Shown: positions 33,508 through 35,219 of the stretch, one piece after another
Numbering within the stretch: position 1 is the first letter of the stretch
How the letters are laid out: each line of letters starts with the position of its first letter
IMG/VR virus record: IMGVR_UViG_2548876867_000017
Coordinates: 1 to 35,219 of that record
Origin: a virus
Taxonomy: Duplodnaviria > Heunggongvirae > Uroviricota > Caudoviricetes
Direction: 5' to 3' (one strand)
DNA length: 35,219 nt
Position numbers and translations under genes: made by a program
The notes under the pieces: generated by a model
Told to the model about the DNA's origin: nothing
Seen by the model: the letters and a program-made list of their open reading frames with translations, nothing else
Databases searched by the model: none

Positions 33508-34503
33508 ATGAAAAATTCTAAGCGCATCACCTTCAACCTGTTTATTAAATCCAACGGCAAACTGAACATTACCGTCATGGAAGGTAAAGCAAGCAAACAA
33601 GACAAATCCTTTGAAGTAGTATCCGGTAAGACTCTGACCGAAATGCGTCAGAATGCTGGCATCAAAGACGGTGCTGAATGGCAGATCACTAACCGTTTCG
33701 ACAAACGTCACGTTAAACCTACACTGGTAGAAGGTGAATCCGTTTATTGCTTCGCTCGTGCTGTTAAAGCCGATGAAACTTACTATCTCGCTGTTGTTAA
33801 AACTGCTTCCGGCTTCCGTGCTGTAATGCATCACAAGAGCAAGCGTAACGAATACGGCGTAGAGACCCAGGAAGTCGCAAAACGCTTCCGTACTGTTGCT
33901 ACCGAATCCACTGTAAAGGATGTTTCTGGTACTGTTAACACCGTTAAAGGCGGTTCCTTCTACAACCACGCATTACAGGTTACTTCCTCCTTCTTCTGCA
34001 AAAAAGAAGCACAGAAAGAAGTTGCTCCGGTAGTAGTTGAAGAAGTTAAAGAAGAAGTTGCAGTGGTTGAATCTTCCGAAGTTGAAGCACTGAAAGCACG
34101 CATTGCTGAACTGGAAGCTGAAAACGCATCTCTGAAAGCTGAACTGGCAGCACAGGAAACCACTTTCGAAGTAGCAGCGGTTGAAGTTGAAGCAGTTGAA
34201 GAAAAATCCATTGATGAAGAACTGGAAGAACTCCTTAACTATCGCTGGGGTAACGGTGAAGAAGTAGAACAAGAAGTTGCTCCGGTAGTTGTTCCGGTTG
34301 AAGTTGAAGAAGAATCCGCACCAGTTACCAACTTTGAAACACTGCGCAATAACTTTATGGCTAAATTCAAAACTAGCTGGGAAGATACCGAAGAAGAACA
34401 AGAAGAGATTGATGTAAACGAAGACGAGATCCGCGAAGCACACATGGCACTTCATGACGCTATCTACGACACCAACTACAGCGCCTACGCATACGCAGCT
34501 TAA
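33508..34503 (+). CDS. highly expressed acidic protein with repeat-rich coiled-coil C-terminal half
   Basis: 331 aa; RBS AGGAG; strong bias to highly-expressed E. coli-type codons; basic N-terminal domain, then repeated EVAPVVV(E/P)VE(E) units and leucine-zipper-like EALKARIAELEAENASLKAEL. Confidence 0.6.
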   Translation: MKNSKRITFNLFIKSNGKLNITVMEGKASKQDKSFEVVSGKTLTEMRQNAGIKDGAEWQITNRFDKRHVKPTLVEGESVYCFARAVKADETYYLAVVKTASGFRAVMHHKSKRNEYGVETQEVAKRFRTVATESTVKDVSGTVNTVKGGSFYNHALQVTSSFFCKKEAQKEVAPVVVEEVKEEVAVVESSEVEALKARIAELEAENASLKAELAAQETTFEVAAVEVEAVEEKSIDEELEELLNYRWGNGEEVEQEVAPVVVPVEVEEESAPVTNFETLRNNFMAKFKTSWEDTEEEQEEIDVNEDEIREAHMALHDAIYDTNYSAYAYAA

Positions 34504-34518
34504 TAGAGGGGTGAATCT

Positions 34519-34761
34519 ATGATGAATCAAAACAAAGAATTTCTGGGTAATCTGATGTTAGAAATTACCAAAATGAAAGAAAGAATGGTAGCGATGGAAT
34601 CAGAGATTAAAACTCTTAAAGCTGATAATAAGGCGTTGAGAAAGTCCTTAAAGCTGATTGATGAGACTAATGCGGTTATGATGGATCATGTATTCCCTGA
34701 GTGGCGAAATGAAACTAAACCTACACAACATAAGAAACTTACACTTCGAATTGTTGCATAA
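34519..34761 (+). CDS. small coiled-coil protein
   Basis: 80 aa; RBS GAGGGG; heptad-like pattern. Confidence 0.5.
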   Translation: MMNQNKEFLGNLMLEITKMKERMVAMESEIKTLKADNKALRKSLKLIDETNAVMMDHVFPEWRNETKPTQHKKLTLRIVA

Positions 34762-34766
34762 AAAAA

Positions 34767-34784
34767 GGGACTCCGAAGAGTCCC
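34767..34784. terminator. hairpin terminator (orientation ambiguous)
   Basis: GGGACTC-CGAA-GAGTCCC perfect hairpin just after the 34761 stop; A-run upstream, partly T-rich downstream. Confidence 0.5.
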
Positions 34785-34869
34785 TAGTAAGTTTAGGTTA
34801 GGTTTGCACAACAAAGATGAGGTTATAATGAACATAATGCTACATTATTCTTTAAAGCCAGAAAAATAA

Positions 34870-34886
34870 CCGCCCCTTCGGGGCGG
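34870..34886 (-). terminator. minus-oriented intrinsic terminator
   Basis: CCGCCCC-TTC-GGGGCGG hairpin with A-run on the plus-strand 5-prime side; downstream of the small minus-strand ORF at the window edge. Confidence 0.45.
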
Positions 34887-35045
34887 GAGGATTAATACTC
34901 AATCTATACTTGTTATGTTTTTATGTTGTATAGATCCTGACTATGAAAACACTGTACTGGATGTGTGTTTTTATGGCTTTTAATCGGGAATCCTCAAAGA
35001 AGATCCCCTGTTAATAACCATAAGGAGAAAAGGCAGATTACACTA

Positions 35046-35219
35046 TTATTTAGTATCCTTTTTACAGCAACTAAAAAGAATAAACAAAAAGAAGCATACC
35101 CAGCCGTAAGGCGTACCGATTAGAAATTTGAAAAACACCACCAGCGATATAAAAATCAATTTAATGCCAGCGACGATAGTCAAAAACAGCAGAGTAGCAA
35201 AGTAGACAAAAAGATCCAT
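35046..35219 (-). CDS. small hydrophobic membrane protein (possibly truncated at window edge)
   Basis: Minus-strand ATG at 35219; translation MDLFVYFATLLFLTIVAGIKLIFISLVVFFKFLIGTPYGWVCFFLFILFSCCKKDTK has two hydrophobic helices; below ORF-track cutoff. Confidence 0.3.
   Translation of the reverse strand: MDLFVYFATLLFLTIVAGIKLIFISLVVFFKFLIGTPYGWVCFFLFILFSCCKKDTK

Overview
This window reads as most of a tailed-phage (siphovirus-like) genome or prophage, probably infecting E. coli or a close relative. All calls rest on reading the sequence and on motifs recalled from memory; no database search was run. A long leftward (minus-strand) block from about 3.4 kb to 32 kb carries lysis genes and a lambda-like morphogenesis module in conserved order (large terminase, portal, fused prohead protease-major capsid protein, neck proteins, side tail fiber, tail tube, G/T chaperones, tape measure, minor tail proteins, K-like protein, I/J-like tip protein). 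A lambda-A-like terminase suggests cos-type packaging. Two homing-endonuclease-like genes sit in this block. The left end (1-3.4 kb, plus strand) has small membrane or secreted proteins and a large serine recombinase. The right end has a 1.2 kb ORF-free control region (31.98-33.2 kb) with an iteron-like repeat array, AT-rich tract and near-consensus sigma70 promoters, followed by rightward genes including a small HTH protein and a strongly codon-biased acidic protein. No replication enzymes, tRNAs, CRISPR arrays or known defence systems were recognisable. The most unusual items are a tandem triplication of glycine-rich ~100 aa proteins between the tail fiber and tail tube genes, the structured noncoding region (candidate origin), a fused gpI-like/gpJ-like tip protein whose C-terminus resembles the lambda J receptor-binding domain, and the serine recombinase with adjacent envelope-targeted small genes. 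Coordinates of non-CDS features are hand-counted and may be off by a few bases.
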